Shown: positions 1 through 17,444, counted from the stretch's first letter. The stretch is DNA of 64,000 nucleotides from the human T2T-CHM13v2.0 reference genome, Homo sapiens (GCF_009914755.1 NC_060932.1); one strand, 5' to 3'. A program made the numbers and translations. Notes: generated by a model not told the origin, from the sequence alone.

Positions 1-3413
<3,413 letters not shown>

Positions 3414-3949
3414 AGTACTAAAACAATGCTAATTCTAGTAATTTTTTTAGCATTTTTCACCTGTGATGCCTACATTTTTACGAGAAATAACTTTACAACT
3501 ATAATAATTAAAAATTTAAAAAGTTAAATAAGATATAATAATTTGATTTTACAACAATGTAGCTTCTGATGCATATTTCATGTTTTACCCTATTTACGGT
3601 ATTTTTAAACAATATTTAAACATCCTCAGTAAAGTCTCATTCATAGAGAAAATTAAACTTTGAGGACAAAGAAATAAATGATTTTTGTTCAATATTTCTC
3701 AAAAGATAACATTTTTACTGTTATTTTAACACTAGAGTGTGAAATAAAAACCAGAAATATGAATCTGGTTTTTTTTGTTAGTTTGGCTTTATAAAAATCA
3801 TGAACTACATTGGAGCTTCCAAGCTAAAGTACCTTCAAATACAATTAGTTACAGCTAGTCTCTTCAGTTGCATAATGAATATTGGCACTGGGAAACCATT
3901 CATTTTCCACAATGATTTTGTATTTATATAAAGTGGGTCAACTTTGTAT

Positions 3950-4113
3950 CATGTGCAAGTATCCCAACCTCTCAAATCTTCAGCAATCCCATCTGAAAAA
4001 TAGTAAATAATAATCATAACCCCTAGTAGGATTATTAAGAGACTACTGTGAGATAATATGGGTAATACATTTAGCACAGTGCCTGGTACATAAAAGGCAT
4101 TCAACACATATTA
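3950..4113 (+). mobile_element. MIR SINE fragment
   Basis: Resembles the MIR core and 3' end (cccatctgaaaaatag...ttagcacagtgcctggtacata...tattagc). Confidence 0.7.
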
Positions 4114-5076
4114 GCAACTTTGTGTGTCTATCAGTACATATATATAAAGTATATAATAATAAATATCTCTTAATGATATAAACATCTGCAGAGATAATAA
4201 TTTGGTAACTAGAAATATTTTAAAATATTTTTTTCCTAAAATCCTATTAATCAGGTCTGAAAAGTCTGTTCCTTCCAATTGTTCACTTTAAATCAAATTG
4301 CCTATTTTCCTTCTACCTTTTTTAAAAGTTTCAAAAACAAAACAAATCTGCAATCTCTGCAATAGCAGAATTTATAGTCTAAAATAAGACTGATACTTTT
4401 AGTCATTGTAATGCTATGGCAGAAATAATAACATAGAACTTTAACTGGGATGCTTTGCAAGCACACGAACACAGACATCTAATAGCATGGGGCAAGGAGA
4501 CAAAGAAGAAATGCATACTCCAGGAAATAATGTGTAATCCTATCCTTGAAAGATGAGGAGTTGCCATGTGAAGAAAGGGAATAATGAGAGAAATAGCATT
4601 TCAGGCCTAGGGAAAAGAATGTCAAAAACTCTGAAGTGTAAGTGAGCCAGGTAGGGGGCCAGGACCTTCCAATAGCACACTGTTACTAGAACAGTGGTGT
4701 GACATTAACTGAAATTTTAAAGAAATACTTGTGTCTGGGCTTAATCTCATAGGTGATGCTTTGGTGGGGGCTGTGTATGTGTGTGTGTGTATTTGTGTTT
4801 AAATTCCACAGTGCATATTGCTACACGACCCTAGCAGAGGATTTGGTTGGGGTAAGTTTGGGACAGCTGTAGATGATTCTGGGGAGACAGAAAATGACAG
4901 ATCACAGTTAATTTCCTCAGTCATATAACAAACTAAAACTTTATCCTGTAGGTAACAAGACATCAATGACAGCTTTAAGCAGGAGGTTAACATTGACAGA
5001 TTTTCATTTCAAATATATCACTTTCATATCAGAAAGGAAAATGAATTTGAGCTAGATTGGAGGTAGAGGACACAGA

Positions 5077-5634
5077 TGTCAGATACAGTAAGTTCCTCTT
5101 CAAAGGTTTAATTTCTGACTTCCTTGTTCTTTGTTCTCGAGATCAACTTCTTTGTCCCTTCTTCTAAGCTACCTGCTCTGTAAACAACTTCTCCCGCCAG
5201 TCCCAATCTGTAACTCACATCTCTTCCTTATTTGGAAAGAGTCCTCTTTACTCCTGGCTACCCATTCTGTAAACTGCCCCTCCCGCTGAAACTACCCTTC
5301 TCCTGCCTTTGCCGTGCCCTGACAGGCCCAAACATGCCCTGTACCATAAAGGACAGCCTCTCCCTTCCCACCTAACTTGCCATATTCAATTTTAAACAGT
5401 AGCCAATTGGGTCAGTTTAGATTGTGCTGTCCAACTCGAGCAAATGGGGACAGGACACAGAAGCAGGGACTAGCCCTGTTAGGGATAAAACCCCCTTCCC
5501 TCCTTTGTTCGGTGTGCTCTTGCAGTCGTGACTGACACAGGCAGCACCCTTCTGCAGAAGTAAATTTGCCTTGCTGAGAAGTCTTTTGTTTGAGTGCTCA
5601 TTTTCTTTGTGACTCTGAGCTGTTGTTTCTAACA
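5077..5634 (+). repeat. 5' LTR (LTR10B-like)
   Basis: TGTCAGATACAGTAAGTTCCTC...TTTCTAACA; CCAAT box, GATAAAA TATA-like box and AGTAAA poly(A)-like signal; roughly 8-9% different from the 3' LTR by eye. Confidence 0.92.
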
Positions 5635-5637
5635 ATT

Positions 5638-5655
5638 TGGGGACCTGTCCCAGAT
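5638..5655 (+). other. Primer-binding site, tRNA-Pro-like
   Basis: TGGGGACCTGTCCCAGAT lies 3 nt after the 5' LTR and matches the tRNA-Pro PBS TGGGGGCTCGTCCGGGAT at 13/18 positions. Confidence 0.7.
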
Positions 5656-6136
5656 CCCATTCTCCTCTGGGGAAGGGTCTCTAATCACCTCTCGTGAGGA
5701 GACACATCCTGCTGCCTCACTGTGGTGGCCTCAGGGGTAAGGAATCTGGACCCACCCAGTGTGACGAATAAACACAGACTCTCAGCAACGCAGGAAGAGG
5801 AGGCCTATAAATGCCACAGTGATCAGGTAACTCTGTGCACAGACCAATGTAAGAAAAGCCGTGGGGGCAGGGAAGTACTTCCTTGGTGGTTGAGACATCC
5901 TGGAGGTTAAAAGTGTGTGATTGAGACACACAACTGAGTGTGAAGTGAAAGTAGGGGAGTGCAAGAAATTTCCACTCGTGGGGGTTGAGGCTCCAGGGAA
6001 AATGGTGCAAGAAATCTCTAGTAGGAGAGGTTGAGCCCCACAGAGTCTCCAGGGAAAAAGTTGCAAGAAATCTCTAGTAGGAGAGGTTGGGTCCCATAGA
6101 CTCAGAAAACTCTGGGAAACACCTAAAACTTCCAGG

Positions 6137-6820
6137 ATGGGAAATACCCCAAGCAAAGCAGAAAAAAAAAAAAAAAAAAAAAGACAATAAAATTCCCTCC
6201 AATAGCCCACTGAGGAAATACGAGAGATCTAAGGGAAATGATAACTAAAGAAATTAGAGACTTGATGCCCCACACCCAGAATATTACCAAAGCCTTTAAT
6301 ATACAGCAGGGAAAGGATGAAGGACCTGTAGAGTCCTTAGAGAGGCTTGAGGAGCAAAAGAGAAAGTAAGCTGGCCTAAAATTAGAAAACCCCCTGGAAC
6401 AAGGAATGTTAAAACTCCACTTTGTCACCAACAGTTGGCCAGATTTTATAAGAAAATTACAGAAAACAGAGAATTGGAAAGACCATCCCATAGAGGAACT
6501 TTTAAGAAAGGCCCAAAAGGTGTATGTATGGAGGGATGAGGAAAGGCAGAAGCAAAATGCAAAAATTATGCTGTCCACCCTACAACAGGGTGCTCTTCAA
6601 CAGGGAGCCCAGGGAAATAGAGCCTGTAAGCCTTCCAAGAACCAGGCTGCCAGACCCTACACAAGAGGCAAAGGAATCAAGCAGGAAGGCCAGGAAATAA
6701 AAAGGAGAAAAGGACAAAACGAATGTTTCAAATGTGGAAAAATAGGGCACTTTAAAGAGAATGCCTTAAGTGGGAAATAGAAAAGGAAGCCATCCCCCTT
6801 ATGGTTTTTGAGGAAGAATA
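6137..6820 (+). pseudogene. gag: ERV gag remnant; most of MA and N-terminal CA deleted
   Basis: ATG GGA AAT ACC (MGNTPSK, myristoylation-type start); MHR-like QGKDEGPVESLERL; zinc knuckle CFKCGKIGHF; internal stop and frameshifts. Confidence 0.85.
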
Positions 6821-6849
6821 CGGGGGTCAGAGGCTCTGTCTTTTCTACC

Positions 6850-7757
6850 TCTGGTCCCACCAAAAGCCCTTGATAAATTTAGAGGTGGGACCCAACTCTG
6901 AGCTTATTACTTTTTTTAATTGACTCAGGGGTGGCTCGCTCTTCTGTTTGTTATCCCCCATCAGATGTAATTTGTTCACAAGAAGAACTTCATATCTCAG
7001 GAGTAAAAAGAGAAGGATTTAAAGCAAAGATCTTAAAAGAAACAAAAGTTATATATATAAACAAATCAGTTAATATTAAGTTTCTATTAATTCCAGAGGC
7101 AGGAACAAACCTATTACGGAGAGATTTAATACTAGAATTAGGTTTAGGCCTCTATATTAACCAGGGAAAATTTCTCACCTCTCTAAACTTACTACTATAG
7201 ATGAAAAGTATATCCATCCCAGTATCTGGTCAAGAGAAGGTAATTAAGGAAAGCTACAGGTTCCTCCAATCCATGTCAAGTTAAAAATTCCTGGGGAAGT
7301 AGTAAAAAGAAAATAATACCCTATTCCTTTAAAAGCTAGAATAGGTTTAAAACCTATAATTGAAAGCCTTGTCCATGATGGACTCCTTGAACCCTGTTGG
7401 TCCTCTTATAACACTCCCGTATTGCCTGTAAGGAAATGGGACAGGTCATACTGGTTAGTACAAGACCTATGGGCTATTAATCAAATAGTTCAAACCACCA
7501 ACCCTGTTGTTCCCAATCTCAAAAACTACATATTTGGTCTACCCTTCACCCTTTCCTCAGTCAGGACTCAAGGCCTCCTAGTGCAGATTCCACCCCTTGA
7601 ATTCCCAGTTCATCAACACCAGCCTGGAGATTATGTCCTTGTCAGAAGTTGGAGAGAGGGAAAACTCGAGCCCACCTGGGAAGGACCTTACCTGGTGCTC
7701 CTCACAACTGAGATAGAAGTCCAAACTGCTGAAAAAGGGTGGAACTGTCATACCTGA
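6850..7757 (+). pseudogene. pol: ERV pro-pol remnant: protease, RT N-terminus fused directly to integrase C-terminus
   Basis: FLIDSG protease active site (GACTCAGGG 6922-6930) and NLLRRDL; RT start YWLVQDLWAINQIV...PVVPN joined at ~7517 to the IN C-terminal WEGPYLVLLTT (GPY/F motif). Confidence 0.85.
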
Positions 7758-7899
7758 GTCAAGAAGGCTCACCCTCTCCAAAACCATGGACCATTGTCCC
7801 AGGGCCGGCTCCCACGAGAGTAACATTAAAAAGAAAAGCCTAATTTGTCTGCCTCTTTTTCCTCTTCTCTTTCCCTTAACCGCCCCCCATTTTATTCTC

Positions 7900-9399
7900 C
7901 ATTACTATCCCTTTCTCTGGCAACTCTATATGGTCTAGGAGCAGATGTCACTGGAAAAAAAACCCATAGGCTTCTTTGAAATGCTCTTTGTTTCTCCCCC
8001 CTCCAACTACTCCTTCCCCAAGCCCACCAAATTAAACTATTTCCATTTCTTGTTTCTTACCCAATGACAAAACCAAAGTAGTTGCAGTAGAAGCCAAGGA
8101 CTTAAAGCAAACCCTAGCCATAGAAACTTGGCATCAAGATGTAAATGCCTGGCTGGAATGGATTAAATATTCTGTTCGCACCCTAAATAAGAGCAATTGT
8201 TATGCTTGTGCAATGGGCAGGCCAGAAGCCCAAATTGTTCCCTTTCCACTTGGATGGTCCTCAGACCAACAGGGTATAAGCTGTATGGTAGCTCTCTTCC
8301 AAGAACCCACAGCCAGGGGCAATAAGGCATGCTGAACTCTCTCGCTGCTATTCCCAAAAGTTAAAGGCCCTGCAGGTCAGCCCCCAAGAGTCATCTGGCT
8401 TCTGGTTAACAATGTCAATTTTACCTTGTGTCTCTCATGACAAGGGGAAAATCTGGCATTCCTTGGAAGCCTATTGTTATGCAGTGAGTCCAAGCCTTTT
8501 CAGAGCTAACCAATCAGTCTGCCTTTGTTCATACCAGAGCGGATGTATAGTGGTATTGTGGTGAGCCACTATTCGGTACTCTGCCAAGTAACTGAAGCAG
8601 CACTTGTGCTCAAATCCAACTAGCCATCCCTTTCACCCTGGCATTTTATCAACCAAACAAAAAGAACAATCGTAAAAGAAGTGCCCTTCATGGGTCCTTT
8701 GACCCTCACATTTATATGGATGCCACTGGAGTTGCACGAAGGGTGCCAAATGAATTTAAAACCTGAAATCAAATAGCCACAGGATTTGAATTTATATTGT
8801 TTTCATGGGTAACTGTAAAAAAAAAAATGTAGACTGGATAAATCACATTTACTATAATCAATAGCAGTTTATTAATTGTACTAGAGATGCCATAAAAGGG
8901 ATAGCTGAACAATTAGGCCCCACCAGCCAAATAGCCTGGGAAAATAGAATAGCTCTGGAAATAATATTACCTGAGAATGACAGGGTCTGTGTTATGATTG
9001 GAGTCCAATGCTGTACTTTTATCCCTAACAACACAGCCCCCAATGGAACAATCACAAAGGCTTTACAGGGCCTTACCACCCTAGCAAATAAATTGGCTGA
9101 AAATTCTAGAGTAAATGACCATTTCTTTGATCTCATGGAAAAAATGGTTTGGAAGATGGAAAGGACTTATGTCCTCAATCCTTACTTCTCTTGCCATTGT
9201 AATAGGTGTGCTTATTCTTGTAGGATGTTGTATCATACCCTGTGCCTGAAGCCTAGTACAAAGGCTTATTGAAACAGCTCTCACTAAAACCTTTTTCTAT
9301 TCCCCCCTGCCTTATTCAGATAAGCTCCTACTTATAGAAAACCAAGCAGAACAACAGAGTCAAGACATGTTAAAAAGGTTTGAAGAGGAAGAATTATAA
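7900..9399 (+). pseudogene. env: ERV env remnant (partial SU plus TM)
   Basis: Basic cleavage site RKR (8671-8679); immunosuppressive-domain-like WENRIALEIIL; CX6CC motif CVMIGVQCC (8988-9014); multiple stops and frameshifts. Confidence 0.85.
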
Positions 9400-9404
9400 A
9401 AATC

Positions 9405-9418
9405 AAAAGGAGGGGGAA
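9405..9418 (+). other. Polypurine tract
   Basis: Purine run AAAAGGAGGGGGAA immediately before the 3' LTR. Confidence 0.85.
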
Positions 9419-9419
9419 T

Positions 9420-9974
9420 TGTCAGATACAGTAAGTTCCTCCTCAAAGGTTTAATTTCTGACTTCCTTGTTCTTTGTTCTCAAGAGCAGCTTCTTTGTCC
9501 CTTCTCCTAAGCTACCTGCTCTGTAATCAACTTCTCCCGCCAGTCCCAATCTGTAACTCACATCTCTTCTTTATTTGGAAAGAGTCCTCTTTACTCCTGG
9601 CTACCCATTCTGTAAACCGCCCCTCCCGCTGAAACTACCCTTCCTGCCTTTGCCGCACCCTGACATGCCCAAACATGCCTTGTACTATAACAGACAGCCT
9701 CTCCCTTCCCACCTAAAGAGACAGATTCAATTTTAAACAGTAGCCAATCAGGTCAGTTTAGATTTTGCCATCTGACTCCAGCTAATGGGGACAGGACACA
9801 GAGGCAGTGACTAACCACGTTAGGGATAAAAACCCCTTCCCTCCTTTGTTCGGTGTGCTCTTGCTGTTGTGACTGATGCAGGCAGCACCATTCTGCAGAA
9901 GCAATTTGCCTTGCTAAGAAGTCTTTTGTTTGAGTGCTCATTTTCTTTGCAACTCCGAGCTCTTGTTTCTAACA
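9420..9974 (+). repeat. 3' LTR (LTR10B-like)
   Basis: Direct repeat of 5077-5634, followed by the TSD CAGA. Confidence 0.92.
9661..9680. promoter_or_regulatory. Putative p53 response element in the 3' LTR
   Basis: TGACATGCCC AAACATGCCT matches RRRCWWGYYY x2 at 19/20 with no spacer. Confidence 0.7.
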
Positions 9975-10679
9975 CAGAGAACAAATGATTTCAGCAGATT
10001 AGCCAAAAATGATTAGGATCTAACCTAGGGAAGTGAAGGTGGAGATGGAGAAAGGCAAAAAGTGACAGAAATTGATGACTGAGTCCATACGATGAAGTGT
10101 TTAACAGCAGAAGAAATTGTAAACATTAATTTGGATATTTACTTGTTCTAGATAGTGAATTAATATAGCACTGTATTGTGTTGGGTTCCTGGTTTGTGTT
10201 TAGGAAGTCTTAGGTAAGGAAATAGACAATGTTTGAAACTGCTTTGCAAGAGATAATAGATATTGATCAAAGAAATTTTCAAATATTAGCCTGCTATCAA
10301 AATTATGGCACCACCGAGAGAGCTTTGAAAATGTGGTCTAGGTACCTCACTTTATGAAGAACTAGTTTAGAGGAATGGATGTATGACATATTCATTAGGC
10401 TCAAAAAATTGATGTTTTCAGAGACATTTTGGCAATTGCTTCATTGCAATCAATTCATGGCTGGAGAAGAGATAGCCTCATTTCTTTGTTAAAGAAGAAT
10501 TGATGTGCTCTGCAAGAGCTAAAACTGACCTTCTGTCGTGTAAATCAAGGAGCCCAATTTGTAAGGGTCATGTTACTGCCACCTACTGTGGAGTGGAAAG
10601 GTGTTGGAAATAGGGGCCAACATATATATATATGTATATAGTTGAACTCTAAGATGTACTTCATTCCTCTTGCTGCCTG

Positions 10680-11170
10680 GCCAAATTTTGCTCATCTTCA
10701 AGACTGAGATAAGGTGCCGTCTTTCACAGGAAGTCTTCCTTAATTAGAACTTGCCCCCAGCTTAGATTAGGCACTCCTGTTTTGTGCTTCTGTAGTACAG
10801 CATGGATGTCACACCAAACTACAATGTTCTGTTTACTTATATATCTTCATCTCTAGACTGTTGATGGCAAGGAATGTCTAAGTCAATAGCATCTAGCAAA
10901 TGCCTAGCACATGGATGACATTCCATCTACATCCTGCCCTTGGCAATCCTATTTTCCTTTACTCTGTTATTTTCCCAATAGCGGTTATCATCTTTTAATG
11001 TAATGCATAATTTTCTTATATTTTAGTGCTTAATTTTTTATTATCTATTTCCTATAGCAAAATGTAAGCTTCTCAGAGATAGGAATTCTTGTCTTTTATG
11101 TTTCACAGAACTCAGTACTTGGTACATAATAGTTTCTCAGTAAAAAACTCATTATTTGAATGAATGAACT
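10680..11170 (+). mobile_element. L2 3'-end fragments
   Basis: L2-like 3' ends (tgtaagcttctcagagatagg...cttggtacataatag...tgaatgaatgaa). Confidence 0.55.
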
Positions 11171-11799
11171 TATTAGAAGGTTGTTTAACTATATACAAGG
11201 AAATATCATGGTAAAAGGAACTGTCATACCACTTCATTAAATATTTACTAAATAAGTATGAAACTTCACATTCCTGTATTATAGAAATTAGAATAACAAT
11301 TTTGACCCAAAATGTTTCATAAAGATGTCTGAGCTAAATAAAAAAAATTCTACTAGAATATTGACCTTAATTAAAATCACAACCTTACCATATACAAACC
11401 TCCTCTTTCCTCTTTACAGAAGAAAATGTTAATACATCCTTACTCAAATGAGAGCAACTAGATGAAGGCAAAAAAAAAATGCTTTTCAAATATTTGAATG
11501 GATGCCCTGGTTGGTTATTTGCTAATGTTCCCCTAAATATTTCTATTAAACTTCAAACTTTAGGACTTCATAACTTCCAATCTATAATTTTCCATCTATA
11601 TTGCCTCTGATCTCTAATTTTTGCTCTTAAGTTCCCTCTATTTTCATGAATATAGACTTATGTGAGTAGAGACATTTTTGCTACCTCAAAAAACAACCAC
11701 TACTTAGTCAGATGAAAATACATCCCTTAAGTGAGGAGTCAGACTTTACTGGAAGTATAGACACTCCCTTATTCTCAAACACTCTTTTACTTGTGACTT

Positions 11800-13310
11800 T
11801 CTGAATTCCAACTTGGCTAATCACTCCTCTTTGGAGATGTCCAGTGTTCCTCACTTACCTTTGCAAAACTCCATTTCTCTGAATATCCCATAAATATCAG
11901 TGTGTCTCGAATTTTGTTCTAGTCCCCCTTCTTTCACTCTATGTAGTTCTAGAGAATAGTCTCAGCAATTTCCAAGACCTCAACTATTCCTTATATTGAT
12001 GACTCTCACATATTTATGGCAATGGTCTGTCTAAATTCCTATTGTACATGTCCTCTTGTATTGAGCACAAGAACCACAAACTTAAGATGCAAAATATCAA
12101 GCTCATTGTTCAACTCCTACTTTTGAGTGAGAACATGCGGTGTTTGGTTTTCTGTTCCTGTGTTACTTTGCCTGTCTGAGGGATGGGGGACCAGGGGAGG
12201 GATAGCATTAGGAGAAATACCTAATGTAGATGATGGGTTGATGGGTGCAGCAAACTACCATGGCACATGAATACCTGTGTAACAAACCTGCACATTCTGC
12301 ACATGTATCCCAGAACTTAAAGTATAATAAAATAAAATAAAAATCAAGCTCATCTTTCCCTGACTTGCTTTTGTTCATAGGTTTTCTATGTCAATGAAAG
12401 GCATCAAATGTCCAGACAGCTAAGCCACATTTGACATTCCTCTTCATTCCTACATTCAACCAACTGCTAAAGCTTATTAGTTTCATCTTCTAACAAATAA
12501 GAATCTATTTGTTAACGTTTCTTCATTTTCACCATCCAGGATACTATTATCTCATCCTTGGAGCATTGTTTATAATTGTCTTTATCTTATTATTCTCACT
12601 CTTGTATTGCTTTTCTCAAATTTATTTTTTTTCACCGAAGCCCTGTTGATAATTCTAAAAGGCAAATCTTTCTTCCTTTCAGCACTCAGTTGTCCTCCTG
12701 CTGCTTTGCAATGATTTCTGAAATCCTTAAAAAGGTTTGAAGATCCTTTCTAATTTTGCACTGGCTGACTTCTTCAATTTCAATTCTACTGCTCTCTACC
12801 TCACCTTATATAATCCAGTCATACTGAACTTTTAAAAAGTATCTAAAAGCATCTTACTCAATCTTCTTTTCAGACCTTCATACCATTGGGTAAATTGGTG
12901 TATCTCATCTGGGATGATATGCAGATGTGTAATTCTAGCAACATGTAGGAAAAGATTTATTAGACTTCTAGTCCAGCCTATTTGATAAGAAAATCTCAAC
13001 ATGAAGTTAAACACTCATTCTGTTGAAATAATCATAATTTCCATCTTGTCTCATTAACTACTCATTCTTTATATCTCAAATTAGATGTTACTTTATTTTG
13101 CAATCTACTTCCAGTAGATTAGTTACTCCCATGGCATATTTCTGTAGCAGTTTGTATGTCTGTGTCATCATTATATACCTCTAAAATTGCAGAATTTCCT
13201 GAAAGACTGAAGCTCAATAAAGATAAGAATAATGGCTGTCTTTATTATCATATCCCCAGTACTTACAGTGCCAGCACATAGCAGAAGCTCAAGGCATTGT
13301 TGTTGCTGTT
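11800..13310 (+). mobile_element. Degraded L2, interrupted by a short L1PA
   Basis: Pyrimidine-rich L2-like sequence ending in atccccagtacttacagtgccagcacatagcagaagctcaa. Confidence 0.5.
12107..12342 (+). mobile_element. Short L1PA (about L1PA7-8) 3' end with 5' inversion
   Basis: 12107-12170 antisense and 12171-12342 sense L1 3' UTR with A-tail; TSD ATCAAGCTCAT at 12096-12106 and 12343-12353. Confidence 0.88.
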
Positions 13311-14579
13311 GAAAGATTAAGTGATAAATTAAGGGGAAATTTTTGTCTGTCTTCTTTGGAGGATAAAGGGTTTCTGATGACATAAATCAAGAGCAGCCAC
13401 TAATTGTATTTCTCAAATCGACCCCACCAGCTTTATATTATAATAAGGGAAATTCCTCCAAATGTGGCAATAGGTTGTCTCAGAATTAATTTTTTGTAAC
13501 GTCTTCTTCTCTGATTCATGGCTAGTTTTAAAGAAATCTAGAAAGGATTCTTATGGAGACAGATTGCCAGATGTTATTTTAGTCTGAAAGTTGTCTATCC
13601 ATTGATGACGAAGCTTGTGTTTGAGCAATGAACACATTCTTCTCACACTTTCAGTTGAAATGTGCTATCACTTTGGGGCAAAGATGTAGGAATATCTCTA
13701 CCTAATTGTTTATGAAGAAGTCCTGGAAAAGAAGTCTACCAACTGCACAGGGAAATTTATCTGTTTATTCTTGTAAGGATAGGCTTAGTATCCTTGAAAT
13801 GCAGGGTCACTGAATAGGAAAATAATTATCGCAAGAATTAGAACCAAATAAAATGGTGTGAATGAAGGATTGTAACAAGTAATGTTTTATTCTCAATAAG
13901 CCAATTGTACTAATATTGTTATTATCTATCAGTAGATAAAGCTATTCTTGGATAAGATTTTAAAAAATCCTATCTATTTAATGTTCATTAAGAGAATAAC
14001 TGAATAGATATATAGGTAGATAATTGGGAAAGATTTACTTTATAAAAAGAAATACAGTTTGAGCTCCATAAATATTAAAAATCCAGGTCTTCTATAATTG
14101 TTTATCTTCACTTACAAATTTTCTGATATGTTTAAGCATGTAAGGAAAATTCTCTTTATTTTGGTCTAGGACTCAAGAATTTTTCTCATTAAAAAAATTG
14201 AGATAGCAGATGATCAAATTTTATAGCAAAGCCCTTGTTCTTAACAGTCCCGGAAATATAAATCATGTCCGAGTTTCCAGAGTTTTTGCATGTAGAAAGC
14301 AGGTATGAAGAGAAATATAATATCTTCTGGCTTAATGATTTTTCAAGTCAAAGCTTTCTCACATTTTTTTTAATGATAAAATAACTTTGGAAAGATCTAA
14401 AAAAGGGATGATTTTGACACCTTAATAAGAGATGTCCTAGAAATAGGAAGAAGATATCAAATGAGTAATTTCATATATATTTCTTTCTATAAAGCCCTCT
14501 AGAGTTCTTCAGAATCACCTAATTGTTTTTTAAGTTAAAAGAATCACATTGATGTAAGCTAGTATATGGGACAAGAGTA

Positions 14580-15060
14580 TTTTACTGAGTTTGTGTTTTG
14601 TACCAAGCACTGTACAAGCCTTGGAAATGCAAGTGAGTTGAACTGATATAGTCCCTCCCTCTTCTCATGGAGCTAATGCTACAGTAGAAAGGAAAGACAT
14701 AAATAAAATAATCATACAAAAATAAATATGTAATTATCTATGCTATGATTACTGTTAGGAGTTAAAACACTGAACTTTATGAATGCCTATACTGGAGTTC
14801 TGACAGTCCATTTAGGATCTGAAGAGGGACAAGGCATTTCCCAACAGGACTCCAGGCACAAGAAAGTCCTGGAACAATGATAAGGACCATTTTTTATCCA
14901 AGAAAGTGAAAGAAGGCTAATGTGGCTGGGGTACAGAGAGACATGGGGAAAAGGATACAAGATGATGGGATAGAGGTTGGCAGAAGCCAGATCATGCAGA
15001 GCTTTATTGCTATGCATGACTATCAGGTCTTCATCCTAATAATAATGAAAAGCCTTGAAG
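14580..15060 (-). mobile_element. L2 fragment
   Basis: tttactgag...taccaagcactgt...ccctcttctcatggagcta...gccagatcatgcagagc resembles antisense L2. Confidence 0.55.
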
Positions 15061-15829
15061 AGTTTAACTTTATTTTTATTTTTACTTTTTACTGGGGACC
15101 TCCTGATGTGCAGAAAGAGCTTAACATTAAATCAGCACAAGTAAGTATATTATCAGCAGACAGGGTGGAGGGTATAAAATTATTTCTAAAAGTGCTAAGG
15201 AGTAAATCTCTTTTTAGACTTCTCTATTCTTTGATTATATTGTTTATTTCTCCAGTATTTTAATCCAGCTAGCCCCCTCAAAAAATATAGGCAAAGTAGG
15301 TGGAAAAATATTCTTCATGGAAACATACATTGAACAAATCTATCAACAAATACAGATTTAGCATTTTCCAGTGCCTGCATCCATAAAAAAGCCCAGGCAC
15401 TCAGAATAAAAGAGTGAGCAAAACAGACAGAACTACTGCTTTCCTGGGGCTTACAATCTCCCCACCCCCCCCCCAAAAAAAGGGAGTCAAATTCTTGTGA
15501 TCTTATGAACTCTGAATAACAAGGATATCTGGCCAAAGCTAACCAAGAAGCTGGACAATCTTACCCGGAGAGAGTAATCAATATGGATAAAGTATCTAGA
15601 CCTACTTAATAGCATTCATTTTCGAAAACAGATTAATGTGACCACATTGCCCTCTGATTCAGGCATCTTCAACCATTTAGTTGGAGGTTATCATTTATTG
15701 GGTCATTTTGTATTCCACATTGATAAATACTGCATCAGCTTCATCTTAAACTTGACACAGATACTGTTCTATCCTACTCCAACCTAAGTATCACTGTCCA
15801 TCCTTGATGGGGGCAGCAGAGCTGAGTCA

Positions 15830-16018
15830 CTACAGTTGCTCCAGCTGACAGTGACCCAACCCCCAGATATGTGAATGAGCCCAGATAAGAATAGCAAAAC
15901 CACCTACTTGGCCATCAACAGTCCAAACATATGTAATCAATGCTCAATATTGTGTGTCACTGAGGCTTTGTGGTTGTCTTTTAATATGGCATTATTGTGA
16001 AAGCCAATAACTAAAACA
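15830..16018 (+). mobile_element. MLT1 (J/K-like) MaLR LTR fragment
   Basis: cagatatgtgaatgagcccag...cactgaggctttgtggttgt...gcattattgtg...ataactaaaaca. Confidence 0.55.
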
Positions 16019-16159
16019 ATTTAAAGTCAATTTGTATATATGGAGGGCTGTATCCTAGAAATCACCAACAGCATCTTATCTGGCTTCTGTTATTCATACA
16101 GATGGCATCGTTACAGGTGGATTTCCTAGAATCACAGCTTATATTCCCTGCCACCCATG

Positions 16160-17420
<1,261 letters not shown>

Positions 17421-17444
17421 TTAATGTATAAGAAATCTAGAAAT

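Larger units (their letters stand above)
5077..9974 (+). mobile_element. ERV1 (gammaretrovirus-like) provirus, LTR10-family / HERV-IP10-like, internally deleted
   Basis: Two ~557-bp direct repeats with TG...CA ends, 4-bp TSD CAGA (5073-5076 and 9975-9978), PBS, gag-pro-pol-env remnants and PPT in the correct order. Confidence 0.93.

Noticed and set aside
5077-9974. LTR-LTR differences look lower in the first ~200 bp than in the remainder, suggesting gene conversion
   Set aside because: Many downstream differences are TG/CA pairs from CpG decay, and by-eye counts are too small to support conversion.
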